Below are positions 34,765 through 48,097 of a stretch of DNA of 64,000 bases, piece after piece. The position numbers and the translations under genes are program-made. Within the stretch, counting starts at the first letter, position 1. Every line of letters starts with the position of its first letter. The stretch is taken from contig NW_027590164.1 of the NCBI RefSeq assembly GCF_964213995.1, positions 558,001-622,000 on the forward strand, written 5' to 3'. Below the pieces are notes generated by a model. That model saw only the letters and a list, made by a program, of their open reading frames with translations, was not told where the DNA came from and ran no database searches. This DNA comes from Mustelus asterias. Taxonomy: Eukaryota.

Positions 34765-34895
34765 GTTTGAGTCTGTGTGTGAAGTTTGAGTGTGTGTGTG
34801 AAGTTTGAGTCTGTGGTGAAGTTTGAGTCTGTGTGTGAAGTTTGAGTCTGTGGTGAAGTTGGAGTCTGTGGTGAAGTTTGAGTCTGTGGTGAAGC
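34765..34895. repeat. 18-19 bp minisatellite, 7 copies
   Basis: (gtttgagtctgtg[t]gtgaa)7. Confidence 0.9.
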
Positions 34896-35004
34896 TACAA
34901 ACAGAAGCTGTTCTGTTTCAAATCAAACTGCGGGACTTGGAAGAAAATGATGGGAAGATTTTGCAAAGTCCCCTCCCCCACTCCCTCAGCTGGCAGCCCA
35001 GCAC

Positions 35005-35090
35005 GCAGGCGCAGAGAGCGCTGCTGAGCCGAGCTGTCCGGAGCAGGCGCAGAGAGCGCTGCTGAGCCGAGCTGTCCGGAGCAGGCGCAG
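35005..35090. repeat. 38-bp tandem duplication
   Basis: gcaggcgcagagagcgctgctgagccgagctgtccgga, about 2.3 copies. Confidence 0.9.
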
Positions 35091-36319
35091 TGCGGCTGCC
35101 GCCAGCGGTCGCTCTCGATCTCTTTTTGAAGCAGCAGCCGCCGCAGAGAGAGGGGGGAGGGGGGAGATCACCGAGCAGCTTCTCGCTCTGGCCGGAGCCG
35201 GTTGCCTGGAAACCTTGGCTCGAGGAAGCACAGGGGGAATGGAAACAATGGGAGGGGGCGTGTCCGCGCGCCTGGGCCTGCGCACTGGAACCCCACGACG
35301 TCATGGCAGAGCAGACCGATTCCTATTGGCTGATTCTAGCGTAGACGTTCCCAACGCTCAGTCTCCCATTGGAGGAAAAAGACAACATTGCGGATTGGAC
35401 AACAGCTCCACGCGTTCGGAGGTCAAAGTGTCTCCGGCCCCACGTGGGCTCGGGTTTCGCTGCCTATTGTCTTCATTGACCAATGGCAAGAGCTGGAGGA
35501 CCGGAAGAACTCTGATCATCCAGCCAATCAGTGGCGGGTTTGTGCCAATGGCTGCACGGGTCATCCTGATTGTCTGAACGTGGAGCTGGTCAAGCGGCTG
35601 CTTCCCTCTTTCTGAAGATTGAGCTTCACACATTACAAATTTCTCCCCTGTCCAACATCCGTGAGTAAAACACTTTCCATTTCTTTTCTCATTCTGGGGG
35701 AAATTGGGGACTTGCAGCAACTGAAGGGAAAGGAAGTGAATCCAGGGAGGCTGCAGACTCTGGAAAGGTTGGCCCAGGTCTCTCTCTCTCTTAAAGACAT
35801 TGACATCCTTTGCTCCTCCAGCTTGACACATTTATTTGTCTGGCTAAAAGGATGGTCTCTTTCCTAATGTTCACAAGTATAGGGGTGGTTTCCCCAGTGG
35901 ATGGCTGACATTTAAGGGGACAGTAAATTAATATAGCACACAGATATACCTGGTGTTGTTGTGGTACATATTAGACATATTATTTATGGTTCTGTAAAAA
36001 TGTTTACTGTTATTTCTACATTTTAATATAGTACTGATATCTTTAGGGCCCTTGCGAAAAGATTCAGCAATTCCAGTCCTTCCCAATGCTTCATCGAGCA
36101 ATCTAGTCAGCTCCATTCCTCCCTAAATAACTGTACTTGTGGAAGTTTATTTGCTTCAAATATCCACCTGTTTCGTTTTGAAATAAGTTACCACTGCTTC
36201 CACGATCGTCTTAGGCAGAGAAGCAGATTATCGCTTTCTAAATAATGTCCCCTGAAGCTGTATTGCTAATTAAAAAATAGAGTATGGTAGAGCACACATT
36301 TTTCATCCAGTTATATACA

Positions 36320-36510
36320 TGATGTGGAGATGCTGGTGTTGGACTGGGGTGGGCACAGTAAGAAGTCTCACCACACCAGATTAAAATCCAACAGGTTCAT
36401 TTGGAATCACCAGTTTTCGGAGCGCTGCTCCTTCATCATGTGTCTCACCTGATGAAGAAGCAGTGCTCCGAAAGTTCATGATACCAAACAAAGCTGTTGG
36501 ACTTTAACCC
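36320..36510. mobile_element. Palindromic Penelope-like family B element with two inverted hammerhead-like cores
   Basis: tttcggagcgctgctccttcatca...cacCTGATGAagaagcagtgctccGAAA. Flanks aaatccaacagg and ctgttggacttt are inverted. Confidence 0.7.
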
Positions 36511-36779
36511 AGTTATATATATTCACATGAGATATAATATATATTTCAGCGGACTGCGTGTTAAGATTTTCACGTATATTTGAAGCTGTCGATTAGAATG
36601 AATCATTCCCTTCACTATCATTTTTTTAAAACAGTAAATGAATTAAGGGTTATGGTGAGCGGGTGGGTAAGTGGAGCTAAGTCCATGAAAAGATCAGCCA
36701 TGATCTTATTGAATGGCAGAGCAGCTCGAGAGGTTCAGTGGCCTACTCCTGCTCCTAGTTCTTAAGTTCTTATAATTAG

Positions 36780-37262
36780 AACATAGAACATTACAGCGCA
36801 GTACAGGCCCTTCGGCCCTCGATGTTGCGCCGACCAGTGGTACCAATCTAAAGCCCCTCTAATCTACACTATTCCAATATCATCCATATGTTTATCCAAT
36901 AACCACTTGAACGCTCTCAATGTTGACGAGTCCACCACTGCTGCAGGCAGGGCATTCCATGCCCTTACTACTCTCTGAGTAAAGAACCTACCTCTAACGT
37001 CTGTCCTATATCTCTCACCCCTCAATTTAAAGCTATGTCCCCTCATGCTAGCCAACACCATCCGTGGAAAAAGGCTCTCACTATCCACCCTATCTAATCC
37101 TCTGATCATCTTGTGTGCCTCTATTAAGTCACCTCTTAACCTTCTTCTCTCTAACGAAAACAACCTCAAGCCCCTCAGCCTTTCCTCATACGATTTTCCC
37201 ACCATACCAGGCAACATCCTGGTAAATCCCCTTTGCACCCTTTCCAACACTTCCACATCTTC
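36780..37262 (-). mobile_element. CR1 (HER1-like) LINE 3' fragment
   Basis: LERVQRGFTRMLPG...FFTQRVVRAWNALP and (ttctatg)n tail. Confidence 0.9.
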
Positions 37263-37317
37263 CACATCCACATTGTTTGGCTGATATTTGGGACAACAGA
37301 ATGAAAATGGCGAAAAT

Positions 37318-37433
37318 TGCTGGAATTTTACCAGCACGCCAACCCGAGGCTCGTAGGATCCCGTCGGAGAATGCCATTCTGCAAACCTCACCTGCCCCAA
37401 TTCCGAGGCAGACGTGCCAGTAAAATTTCAGCC
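37318..37433. mobile_element. Short MITE with imperfect terminal inverted repeats
   Basis: gctggaattttaccagcacg ... cgtgccagtaaaatttcagc. Confidence 0.6.
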
Positions 37434-37812
37434 AATGTGTCTGGATGGATTTTTGAGGAATTATAGAGGAAAGAAGATTCCATAGAAACTAGAATTTTTG
37501 GTTTTGAATTTCTATTCTGCACCAAATGACAACTTTCATGAACTTCTTTTACAGAATATCAGGAGGCGATTTGCAGACATAAATCCCAAAAGACATTAAG
37601 CAATGGCGTAACTGGAAAAGCACCGAGACACACACACACACAGCCGAGTGAGTGCTTCAGTGAACTGACTCTGGAAAGAGCTTTAACCAGTTACACAGCC
37701 TGAAAGAATATCACACCATTCACAGTGAGGAGAAACAGTACACGTGTTGTGTGTGTGTGAACGAGGCTTCAACTGATCATCGAACCTGGAGAGACACAAG
37801 GACACCTGCGTC

Positions 37813-38879
<1,067 letters not shown>

Positions 38880-38935
38880 TGAGACATTATGGCAGTCACA
38901 CCGATTAGAGACCTTTTAAATACTCTGACTGTGGG

Positions 38936-39780
38936 TGTTAATTGTATAATTTGGGGTTAAATATATACAAGCAGTGGACATTGATTAGATGTTTACATGA
39001 GCACATATAGACACTTACTGACAGAGCATGGAATGGTATTAGGAGTTATATACCTGTAATGTTTCACTCTGTGAATAAATCTATACCAAGTAAAGATTGG
39101 AACCAGTTTCCTCCTTCACCAGAAGGTGGTCAGGATTATAACGTGGTAACAGAGAATGCTTAAAAATACCTGATGTTTCCAATCTGAATGTTTGAGAAGG
39201 AATAATGAAAGCTTTGATAAAAATCAGAAGGGAAAGATGCAAATTATCTTAAAACTACACAGACAATTTGTTCACACTACTTGCCAAAGATTAAAAATCC
39301 TGCTTCAAGATGCAGGAGCAGTTGATGAAGAGTATCTGAGACTCATACAAGAGACCAGTGCAAAGTGTACAATGTATAAAAATTATTGGAGGATGCCATC
39401 ACATCCCAACAGTGAACCTTCCCTTGGCACTTGGGGCTGGAGCTGTGGCACCAGCTCAGTTTCTGAATGATGAGTTTTGAGACGTGTGTGAAAACATGAA
39501 CATTCTGGTCAGGAACACGGCAGCTGAAATTCCTTTCAGTGATGAACTCTGTGAAAGGAATCACACGGTGATCGATGAATTGCTGCAGAAAATCTCAGCT
39601 GATCAGCCAAACTGCAAGTTGATAACTGCACCGGCCTGGACGATTCATGTAAAGAATTCACTTCAGATGGTTGGAGAGTATAATCCCTGTCAATTGGTCT
39701 GTGGGAAAAATTCCAAATGACCCTCTGTGCTGGGGATAACCCTCCTGATTCAGAAGGGACGACAATTAGTCCAATTTTTA
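38936..39780 (+). mobile_element. Paralogous GalEa-like Copia relic
   Basis: LTR TGTTA...TAACG at 38936-39143, PBS TGGTAACAGAG at 39144. Integrase HHCC region (LKLHRQFVH...C) and TAAEIPFSDELCERNH. Confidence 0.75.
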
Positions 39781-40503
39781 TTCATTTATTATCTGATTGT
39801 TTCACTGGTGCTCGAGCTAAGAAATTATTGTAGATCCTCGATGAGGGGTGTCTTATAGTGTAATACTTTGTACAAAATAAAGACCATCATGGTTTTATTT
39901 TTCAAATAGTTTTGAAATATTGTGTGTTGTTATAATTCGGGTCGAGAACATTAACGTTCAGTGAGAAATCCAAACACCCATCACAAGATTCCAGGTTTTT
40001 AAACAAAATCAAACTTCACTGAATATAAACAGAATATTTAAAACCAGCTCGATGAATTATATTTTGTAAAGATTTATTCTGTAAACTCAGTTCTGACTCA
40101 AAACATGAACTCTGTTTTCACTCTCTACAGATGCTGCCAGACCTGCTGACGTTTTGCAGCATTTTTCAGTTTTTGTACTTTTTAACCCTTACTCCTCGAC
40201 AAGAGTGCCCTTATACTTAATATCTTGAATGTTCATTCACTTCTGTTCCTGGGACAATCCCAAAGGTATGTCAAAGCTCCCAGAATTCACTTTAATTCGC
40301 CTCAGTAATCCAGCTATTCTCCAGACTCCAAGATTTCATGAGGATCCTTCTATTAGCTTTCGGCTAAACAACTCTCCAACTTTCCTTTGAGATTTCAAAA
40401 TTGACTCAAAACATGGACTCCTCAATTCAAGCATGGGCTTCACTGCCTTCTTGTTGGGGGATTTAAACATTGGGAACATCCATGGTTCCTAATGACCTCC
40501 TCG

Positions 40504-41917
40504 GCTCCCGGACCCACAGCTGGTTCACAGCTCCTGGACCCACAGCTGGTTCACAGCTCCCGGTCCCACAGCTGGTTCACAGTTCCCGCTCCCACAGCTG
40601 GTTCACAGCTCCCGCTCCCACAGCTGGTTCACAGCTCCCGCTCCCACCGCTGGTTCACAGCTCCCGCTCCCACCGCTGGTTCACAGCTCCCGGTCCCACA
40701 GCTGGTTCACAGCTCCTGCTCCCACAGCTGGTTCACAGCTCCTGGTCCAACAGCTGGTTCACAGCTCCCGGACTCACAGCTGGTTCACAGCTCCTGCTCC
40801 CACAGCTGGTTCACAGCTCCCGCTCCCACCGCTGGTTCACAGCTCCCGCTCCCACCGCTGGTTCACAGCTCCCGGTCCCACAGCTGGTTCACAGCTCCTG
40901 CTCCCACAGCTGGTTCACAGCTCCTGGTCCAACAGCTGGTTCACAGCTCCCAGACTCACAGCTGGTTCACAGCTCCCGCTCCCACAGCTGGTTCACAGCT
41001 CCCGCTCCCACAGCTGGTTCACAGCTCCCGCTCCCACCGCTGGTTCACAGCTCCCGCTCCCACCGCTGGTTCCCAGCTCCCGGTCCCACAGCTGGTTCAC
41101 AGCTCCCGGTCCCACAGCTGGTTCACAGCTCCTGGTCCCACAGCTGGTTCACAGCTCCTGCTCCCACAGCTGGTTCACAGCTCCCGGACTCACAGCTGGT
41201 TCACAGCTCCCGCTCCCACAGCTGGTTCACAGCTCCCGCTCCCACAGCTGGTTCACAGCTCCCGCTCCCACAGCTGGTTCACAGCTCCCGCTCCCACAGC
41301 TGGTTCACAGCTCCCGCTCCCACAGCTGGTTCACAGCTCCCGCTCCCACAGCTGGTTCACAGCTCCCGCTCCCACAGCTGGTTCACAGCTCCCGGTCCCA
41401 CAGCTGGTTCACAGCTCCCGCTCCCACAGCTGGTTCACAGCTCCCGCTCCCACAGCTGGTTCACAGCTCCCGCTCCCACAGCTGGTTCACAGCTCCCGCT
41501 CCCACAGCTGGTTCACAGCTCCCGCTCCCACAGCTGGTTCACAGCTCCCGCTCCCACAGCTGGTTCACAGCTCCTGCTCCCACAGCTGGTTCACAGCTCC
41601 TGGTCCAACAGCTGGTTCACAGCTCCCGGACTCACAGCTGGTTCACAGCTCCTGGTCCCACAGCTGGTTCACAGCTCCTGGTCCAACAGCTGGTTCACAG
41701 CTCCCGGTCCCACAGCTGGTTCACAGCTCCCGGTCCCACAGCTCCCGCTCCCACAGCTGGTTCACAGCTCCTGGTCCAACAGCTGGTTCACAGCTCCCGG
41801 TCCCACAGCTGGTTCACAGCTCCCGCTCCCACAGCTGGTTCACAGCTCCCAATCCCACAGCTGGTTCACAGCTCCCAATCCCACAGCTGGTTCACAGCTC
41901 CCGCTCCCACAGCTCCC
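40504..41917. repeat. 26-bp tandem satellite/minisatellite, about 54 copies
   Basis: Unit cccacagctggttcacagctcccgct with variants (ccggt, ctgct, ctggt, cggac, caat). Confidence 0.97.
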
Positions 41918-43750
41918 AAGCTAACTGCAGACTGCCTGCTTTCTGTGAGAAACACCCAGAATTCCAACCAAGACCACCCTGAATCACTTATCCCCATGGT
42001 AACAGACGAGTTGAGATGTCCAAAAGATGTTTAAATTAATTAACTTTTAGTTTCAGAACCAAACCTTTTTTCTTGAGGTCTGCGTGAAGAATTCCCCTCT
42101 CTAACAAAGACAGGAAAAAAATTGTCAGACCTGATGTCTCCACTAAAAGAGCCCAGCTGCCCTGGTTCTTGTTCTTACCCTTCCAGCTTTGACTTCTCAA
42201 ACCAACATGGGCCACACCTTGTGACTGCAAATTCCCTCAGGGTGTTTTTATCAGATTCTCAACCCAGGTTTTCCAGTTGTTACATTTTTTTTTAAATCCA
42301 AAATTAATATTTCTGAAACACATGAATTATTAAACTAGATCTTCACAACATATTCCCTGGAAGAAATGAAAATGTATCACAATAATATCCCATTTAGAAT
42401 ATTACAATGTAAAACATACTGGATATCTTAACAGCAGCCATGATCTAATCGAATGGTGGGGCAGGCTCGAAGGGCCAAATGGCCTCCTCCTGTTCCTAAG
42501 TCCAATGTTTTCCTATGTTTAACTATCTTATAACCTGCAACAGACATAATAATCCCTCCATTGTCCACTTCACAGTCACAAGTCCAGCTTGATAACAGCA
42601 CACTGCTGGGTTCCATGTCCAGGAATCTCAGTCCACTGAAGATTGAAAATATTATTGGTTTCAGTGTTTTCTGAAAGTTTTCTTCTTTCAATAATTATAG
42701 TACTTTTTAATAATTATAGTTTCTTCTGCAAGAGAAGAGTCCTCATTGCTGTTCAGTTGTGGATTTCCAATTCTGAAAACAGTCTGTTCAGAATTCATCT
42801 TTTGAACTTTACTTTCTTCCATGTTTGTAGTTCCTCCATTGTTTAAATCCAGAGAGAATATTCCAGTCAATTCCACATTGAAATGTCTTCTTCTTGCTCT
42901 GTTGTAGCTGGAACTTCATTTTTAATTTCATTTCCCAGAATCAAACATTCTGGATTCTCTTTTGGAGAGAGCAAGTTCATAGCGGCTTCTTTCTGTGCCA
43001 ACAACTCGTTCCTTCATTGGACAAAATCTTATTTAGCCATTTTAAGAATGTTGTTAAAATGCTTTTTATGTTAAGCAAAAAGGTCTGATATTCTTGTTTG
43101 GAGCATTTTGGATCTTGGGCTTCAGAAATCGGGGAATTGAGAACAAAAGCAGGGAAGTTATTCTGATAGTTTCTAAAGCTCTGGTGAGGCCACAACAGAA
43201 CACTGAGCCCAGTTCTGGTCACCACACTTTAGGAAGGATGTGAGGGTCCTTGAGAAAGTCGAGAGGAGATTTACCACAATGGTTCCAGAGATGAGGAAGA
43301 TGACGCGAATGTGGAACTTGCTACCAGTGAGTGGTTGAGGTGAACAGCATGAATACATTGAAGAGGAAGCTAGATACATACATGAGGGAGAAAGGAATAG
43401 AAGGAAATGCTGATGGGGGGAGATGAAGAGGGGTGGGTGGAGGCTCATATGGAGCATAAATACTGACACAGACCAATTGAGCCGACTGGCCTGGCCCTGT
43501 GCTGTAGACTCAATGGAACAGAGACAATTGTATTTATTTTAGATCTACCTAGTGTTTGTGGATCATCTCAGTAAAATGTGCACTCCCAAATTCAAACAGC
43601 ATCGACCCACTGGCAGCAAAGCCGTGAGGTCGGTCAGTCCAGCAGAAAGAAACCCTCCGACCCTCTCACTTCAGCAACTGTCAGAATGAACAAGGTTTAG
43701 TCCTGGGTGTGATTAACAGCAGCAATAACAACAGAACCCAACTCCTGTAA

Positions 43751-44678
43751 TCACTTGTGAATTCGCTGGTGTCTCAGCAAGTGGGACGACCGTTTAAATC
43801 TATTCCCACACTCGGAGCAGCTGAATGGTCTCTCCCCAGTGTGAACTCGCTGGTGTGTGAGCAGATTGGAGATCTGAGTGAATCCCTTCCCACAGTCAGA
43901 GCAAGTGAATGGCCTCTCCCCAGTGTGAACTCGCTGGTGTGCCAACAGGGTGGATGAATGACTGAAACCCTTCCTGCACACAGAGCAGGTGAAGGGTGTC
44001 TCCCCAGTGTGAACTCGCTGGTGTATTAGCAGTTGGGATGATGTTCTAAATCTCTTCACGCAGTTGAACGCAGCTGAACGGTCTGTCCTCAGTGTGAATG
44101 CGCTGGTGGCCCATCAGAGTCTGAGAGCTTTTGAAGCTACGCCCACAGTCTGAGCATTTAAACGGTCTCTCATTCGTGTGAGTGACACGGTGTGTCTGCA
44201 GGGTGGATGAATGACTGAATCCCTTCCCACACACACAGCAGGTGAACGGCCTCTCTCCAGAGTGAACTCGCCGGTGCCTCCACAGGGTGGAACGATCACT
44301 GAATCCTTTCCCACAGTCTGAGCAGGCGAAAGGCCTCTCCCCGGTGTGAACTCGCTGGTGGGTCAGCAGGCTGGATAACTGAGTGAATCCTTTCCCACAC
44401 ACGGAGCAGGTGAACGGCCTCTCCCCAGAGTGAACTCGCTGGTGTCTCAGCAGGGTGGTTGATATACTGAATCCCTTCCCACACACAGAGCAGGTGAACG
44501 GCCTCTCCCCAGTGTGAACTCGCTGGTGTCTCAGCAGGGTGGTTGATATACTGAATCCCTTCCTACACACTGAGCAGGTGAATGGCCTGTCCCCAGTATG
44601 AACTCGTCGATGTGTGTCCAGTGCAGATGGGCACTGGAATCCCTTCCCACAGTCCCCACACTTCCATGGTCTCTCCAT
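43751..44678 (-). pseudogene. 11-finger C2H2 ZNF with one +1 frameshift
   Basis: [10 protein letters not shown]... gives 7 fingers. An extra A near 44065 (caactgc instead of cactgc) shifts the frame, and the remainder ends HQRIHK* at 43751. Acceptor at 45029. Confidence 0.82.
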
Positions 44679-45559
44679 GGTGCCAGTGTCCTTTTGATAA
44701 TGAGTTGATTCCACATCCAAGTACAGAACACGTGTACAGTTTCTCCTCGCTGTGAATGGGGTGATGTTTTTCAGGCTGTGTTACTGGTTGAAGCTCTTTC
44801 CACAGTCAGTTCACTGGAACACTCTCACTCAGGTGTGTGGGGTCTCCATTCTTGTCCAGTCACACTGATGTTTGAAATCTTTTCCCACAGACAGAATAAA
44901 CAAACATTTCTTCTCATACATTCAAACGGCAATTATATTCAGGTCCTGATGAATCCAGTGACTTTGTAACATCTTGTTGTGACGTTTGGTGTGAGATTTC
45001 AGTCTGTAAATTCTCTCCTTCTAATATCCTGTTTATAGAAGTTATCAGTGTAAGTATAGAACTGAAATTCAAAACAGACAATTCTAGTTTCCATGGAATA
45101 TTCTTTGCTTTCTCATTCCCTAAGGTTGTAAATCTCCATCCCACACACTCTCCCCCCCATTGTCATACTGCTGTACCTAATACACACCCTCCCAATTCTC
45201 CTGAAGGTGCTGATTCAGGCTGATTGTCAGACCCATGCTCCTGTCCAGTACAAAGAGACCTGAAAATCTTCATGCAGGCTGCTAGCCAATGTCCACATTA
45301 CTAAACATATTATTTGATCAGCAATAGAAAGGAGATGTAAGGAACAATTTTATTCACGAGTGGTTACGACCTGACCTCACTGCTTCTGTGCATGGTGGAA
45401 TCAGAAATGATCAATGATTTGAAAAATAAATCAGATAGGTGTGAAGGAATTAAAAAGGGAACAGAGTTATGGAGGGGAAATGGGACTGAGTGGATTGGTG
45501 TACAGAGAGTCAGCATGGACTTCTTCCAACTATCACTGGAATATATACAAAATTTCAGG

Positions 45560-46085
45560 CAATGTAGTGGAAGACATGCCCTGTCTACATCAACGGTGAC
45601 AAAGTGGAAATGATGGAGAGCTTCAGGTTTCTAGGTGTTCAGATCACAACAACCTGTCCTGGTCCCTCGAAACTGCTGCTTTAGTAAAGAAAGCCCACCA
45701 ACGCCTCGACTTTCTCAGGAGGCTAAGGAAACTCGACATGTCGACATGTCAGCTACGACTCTCACCAATTTTTACAGGGACACCACAGAAAGCATCCCAT
45801 CCAGTTGTATCACAGCTTGGTGTTGCTGCTGCTCTGACCAAGAGTGCAAAAAACTAGAAGGGGTGTGAATGTGGCCCAGTCCATCACGCAAATCAGCCTC
45901 TTATCCATTGACACTGTCTACATTTCCTATTGCCTCAGAAAAGCAGCCAGCATAATCAAGGAACCCACGTATCCTGGACATTCTCTTTTCTATCTTCTTC
46001 CGTCGGGAAAAAGATACAAAAGTCTGAGGTCACAAACCAACCGACTCAAGAACAGCTTCTTCCCTGCTGCTGCCACCAGACTTTT
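45560..46085 (+). mobile_element. Rex1/Babar-like LINE 3' fragment
   Basis: Homologous to 15165-15948. IIKEPTYPGHSLFYLLPSGKRYKSLRSQTNRLKNSFFP. Resumes at about 46595-46785. Confidence 0.7.
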
Positions 46086-46592
46086 ACAAACAAAGAACAA
46101 AGAAAATTACAGCACAGGAACAGGCCCTTTGACCTTTCAAGCCTGCACCGACCATGCTGCCCGACTTAACTAAAACCCCCTACCCTTCCGGGGACCATAT
46201 CCCTCTATTCCCATCCTATTCATGTATTTGTCAAGACGCCCCTTAAAAGTCACCATCATATCTGCTTCCACTATCTCCCCCGGCAGCGAGTTCCAGGCAT
46301 CCACCACCCTCTGTGTAAAAAACCTGTCTCGTACATCTCCTTTAAACCTTACCCCTCACACATTAAACCTGTGCCCCCCAGTAATTGACTCTTCCATCCT
46401 GGGAAAAAGCTTCTGACTATCCACTCTGTCCATGCCCCTCAATAATCTTGTAAACTTCTGTCAGGTCTCCCCTCAACCTCCGTCGTTCCAGTGAGAACAA
46501 ACCAAGTTTCTCCAACCTCTCCTCATAGTTAATGCCCTCCACACCAGGCAACATCCTGGTAAATCTTTTCTGTACCCTCTCCAAAGCCTCCT
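46086..46592 (-). mobile_element. CR1 LINE 3' fragment
   Basis: Homologous to 12963-13450. Confidence 0.85.
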
Positions 46593-46784
46593 CCTTTTGA
46601 ATGGACCGACCTCAAATTAAGCTGATCTTTCTCTTCACCCTTTCTGTAACTGTAACACTATCTTCTGCACTCTCTCCTTTCCTACTCCCCTATGTACTCT
46701 ATGAACAGTATGCTTTGTCTGTACACCGCGCAAGAAACAATACTTTTCACTGTATCCCAATACATGTGACAATAAATCAAATCA

Positions 46785-47480
46785 AACCCATTGCTGCATT
46801 TCCTTCCTGAAGCCACATTTGTCCAGTGGGGCCTGGCCCCGGGAGAAAGCGCTGCAGCTGCCGTTGTGTTGGGTGTTGAGGCGGTGCCGCTAGTTCCTTA
46901 TTGGGGGTGTTGAAGCCTCCACTGGGTGTGTGGAGCCTCCCCTCCCACCCACTGCCCCAAACGCTGCCTCCGCTTATCCGCCTCCTTCCCGCCTGAAGAT
47001 CAGACAAACAAGCGCCTGTCCCTGGACATAAGCCGCACTGCGCATGCCCAACGTCACAATGCCCGAGGACTGATTGACGGCAGCTCCGGACCAATAGACA
47101 AAGGGGGCGGGGCTGGAGGACCGAGCGGGAGGTCCTCCAACCAGCGTGAATAGGGGGAGGGGTCTGAAGCATGCGCAGTGTGGGTAATGGCGGCGGACGG
47201 ACGGTTTTAACTCGAATCCGAGATCAGTTCAAGGTAAAGGGCGGCGCGCGGAGAGCGATGAATGTGGCGGGTGGAGAGGCTTCGTAAACATGTTGTTCAA
47301 ACTCAAACTTCGGGAAAATATCTTCCCGGGCGCCCTGTTGGTACCAAATTGGAGGCGCAACTTGTCGTGTTGGGCCTGGGCTGACGGCCGTCAATCTGTC
47401 GTTAGCAATGTCTATCAGTGCGCATGTGCGGCCGGCATCTTTGTGAGGGGCAATGTGCAGCAGGGTGCAGGTGCGATTGC
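46785..47480. promoter_or_regulatory. Bidirectional CpG-rich promoter
   Basis: Inverted copy of 18285-18690, plus NRF1 gcatgcgca, YY1-like aatggcggc and a candidate + donor aagGTAAAG at 47234. Confidence 0.6.
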
Positions 47481-47637
47481 CATGTTTGTAGGGGGCGCAG
47501 GAGTGTCTACCTTTGTGATGTATGGGACCTGAACCCACTGCAGTCCATGTTGTGCAGGTACATCCACCCTGCTGGTAGGGAGAGAATTCCAGGATTTTGA
47601 CCCAGCGACTGCGAAGGAACGGCGATATATTTCCAAA

Positions 47638-47925
47638 ATGTGGAGATGCCAGTGTTGGATTGGGGTAAACGCAGTAAGAAGTCTCACAACACCAGGTTTA
47701 TTTGGTAGCATAAGCCACTAGGTTTCGGAGCACTGCTCCTTCATCAGGTAAGTGGGAGTTCTGTTCACAAACAGGGCATATAAAGACACAAACTCAATTT
47801 ACAAAATAATGGTTGGAATACGAGTCTTTACAGGTAAACAAGTCTTTAAAGGTACAGACAATGTGAGTGGAGAAAGGGTTAAGCACAGGTTAAAGAAATG
47901 TGTATTATCTCCAGTCAGGACAGTT
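47638..47925 (-). mobile_element. Penelope-like family B terminal repeat
   Basis: Reverse complement of about 61290-61569. Hammerhead-like core at 47723-47747. Confidence 0.7.
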
Positions 47926-48097
47926 AGCATACAGTTAGGACAAAGCATACCTTTCATGGAGTACATGGGGAGAAGGAAAGGATAGGGTGCAGGTACAGGT
48001 AGGGTGAAGAGAAAGATCAGCTTAATATATGATAGGACCATTCAAACATGACAGTCGGAAGAAGTTGTTCTTGAGTCGTTTGGTACATGTTTTCAGA

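Larger units (their letters stand above)
34735..35670. promoter_or_regulatory. Bidirectional CpG-island promoter between head-to-head ZNF genes
   Basis: Minus donor (aacatctGTGAGG) at 34743 and plus donor (aacatccGTGAGT) at 35661. Multiple CCAAT/ATTGG boxes, CRE-like gacgtca, tgcgca and ccggaag. Confidence 0.7.

Noticed and set aside
40504-41917. CRISPR-like array
   Set aside because: Units are head-to-tail with no unique spacers, there are no cas genes, and the context is eukaryotic.
40470-41982. Two long ORFs (484 and 496 aa)
   Set aside because: By-product of a stop-free 26-bp tandem repeat. All + frames give the same periodic peptide, and the paralogous site has no such ORF.
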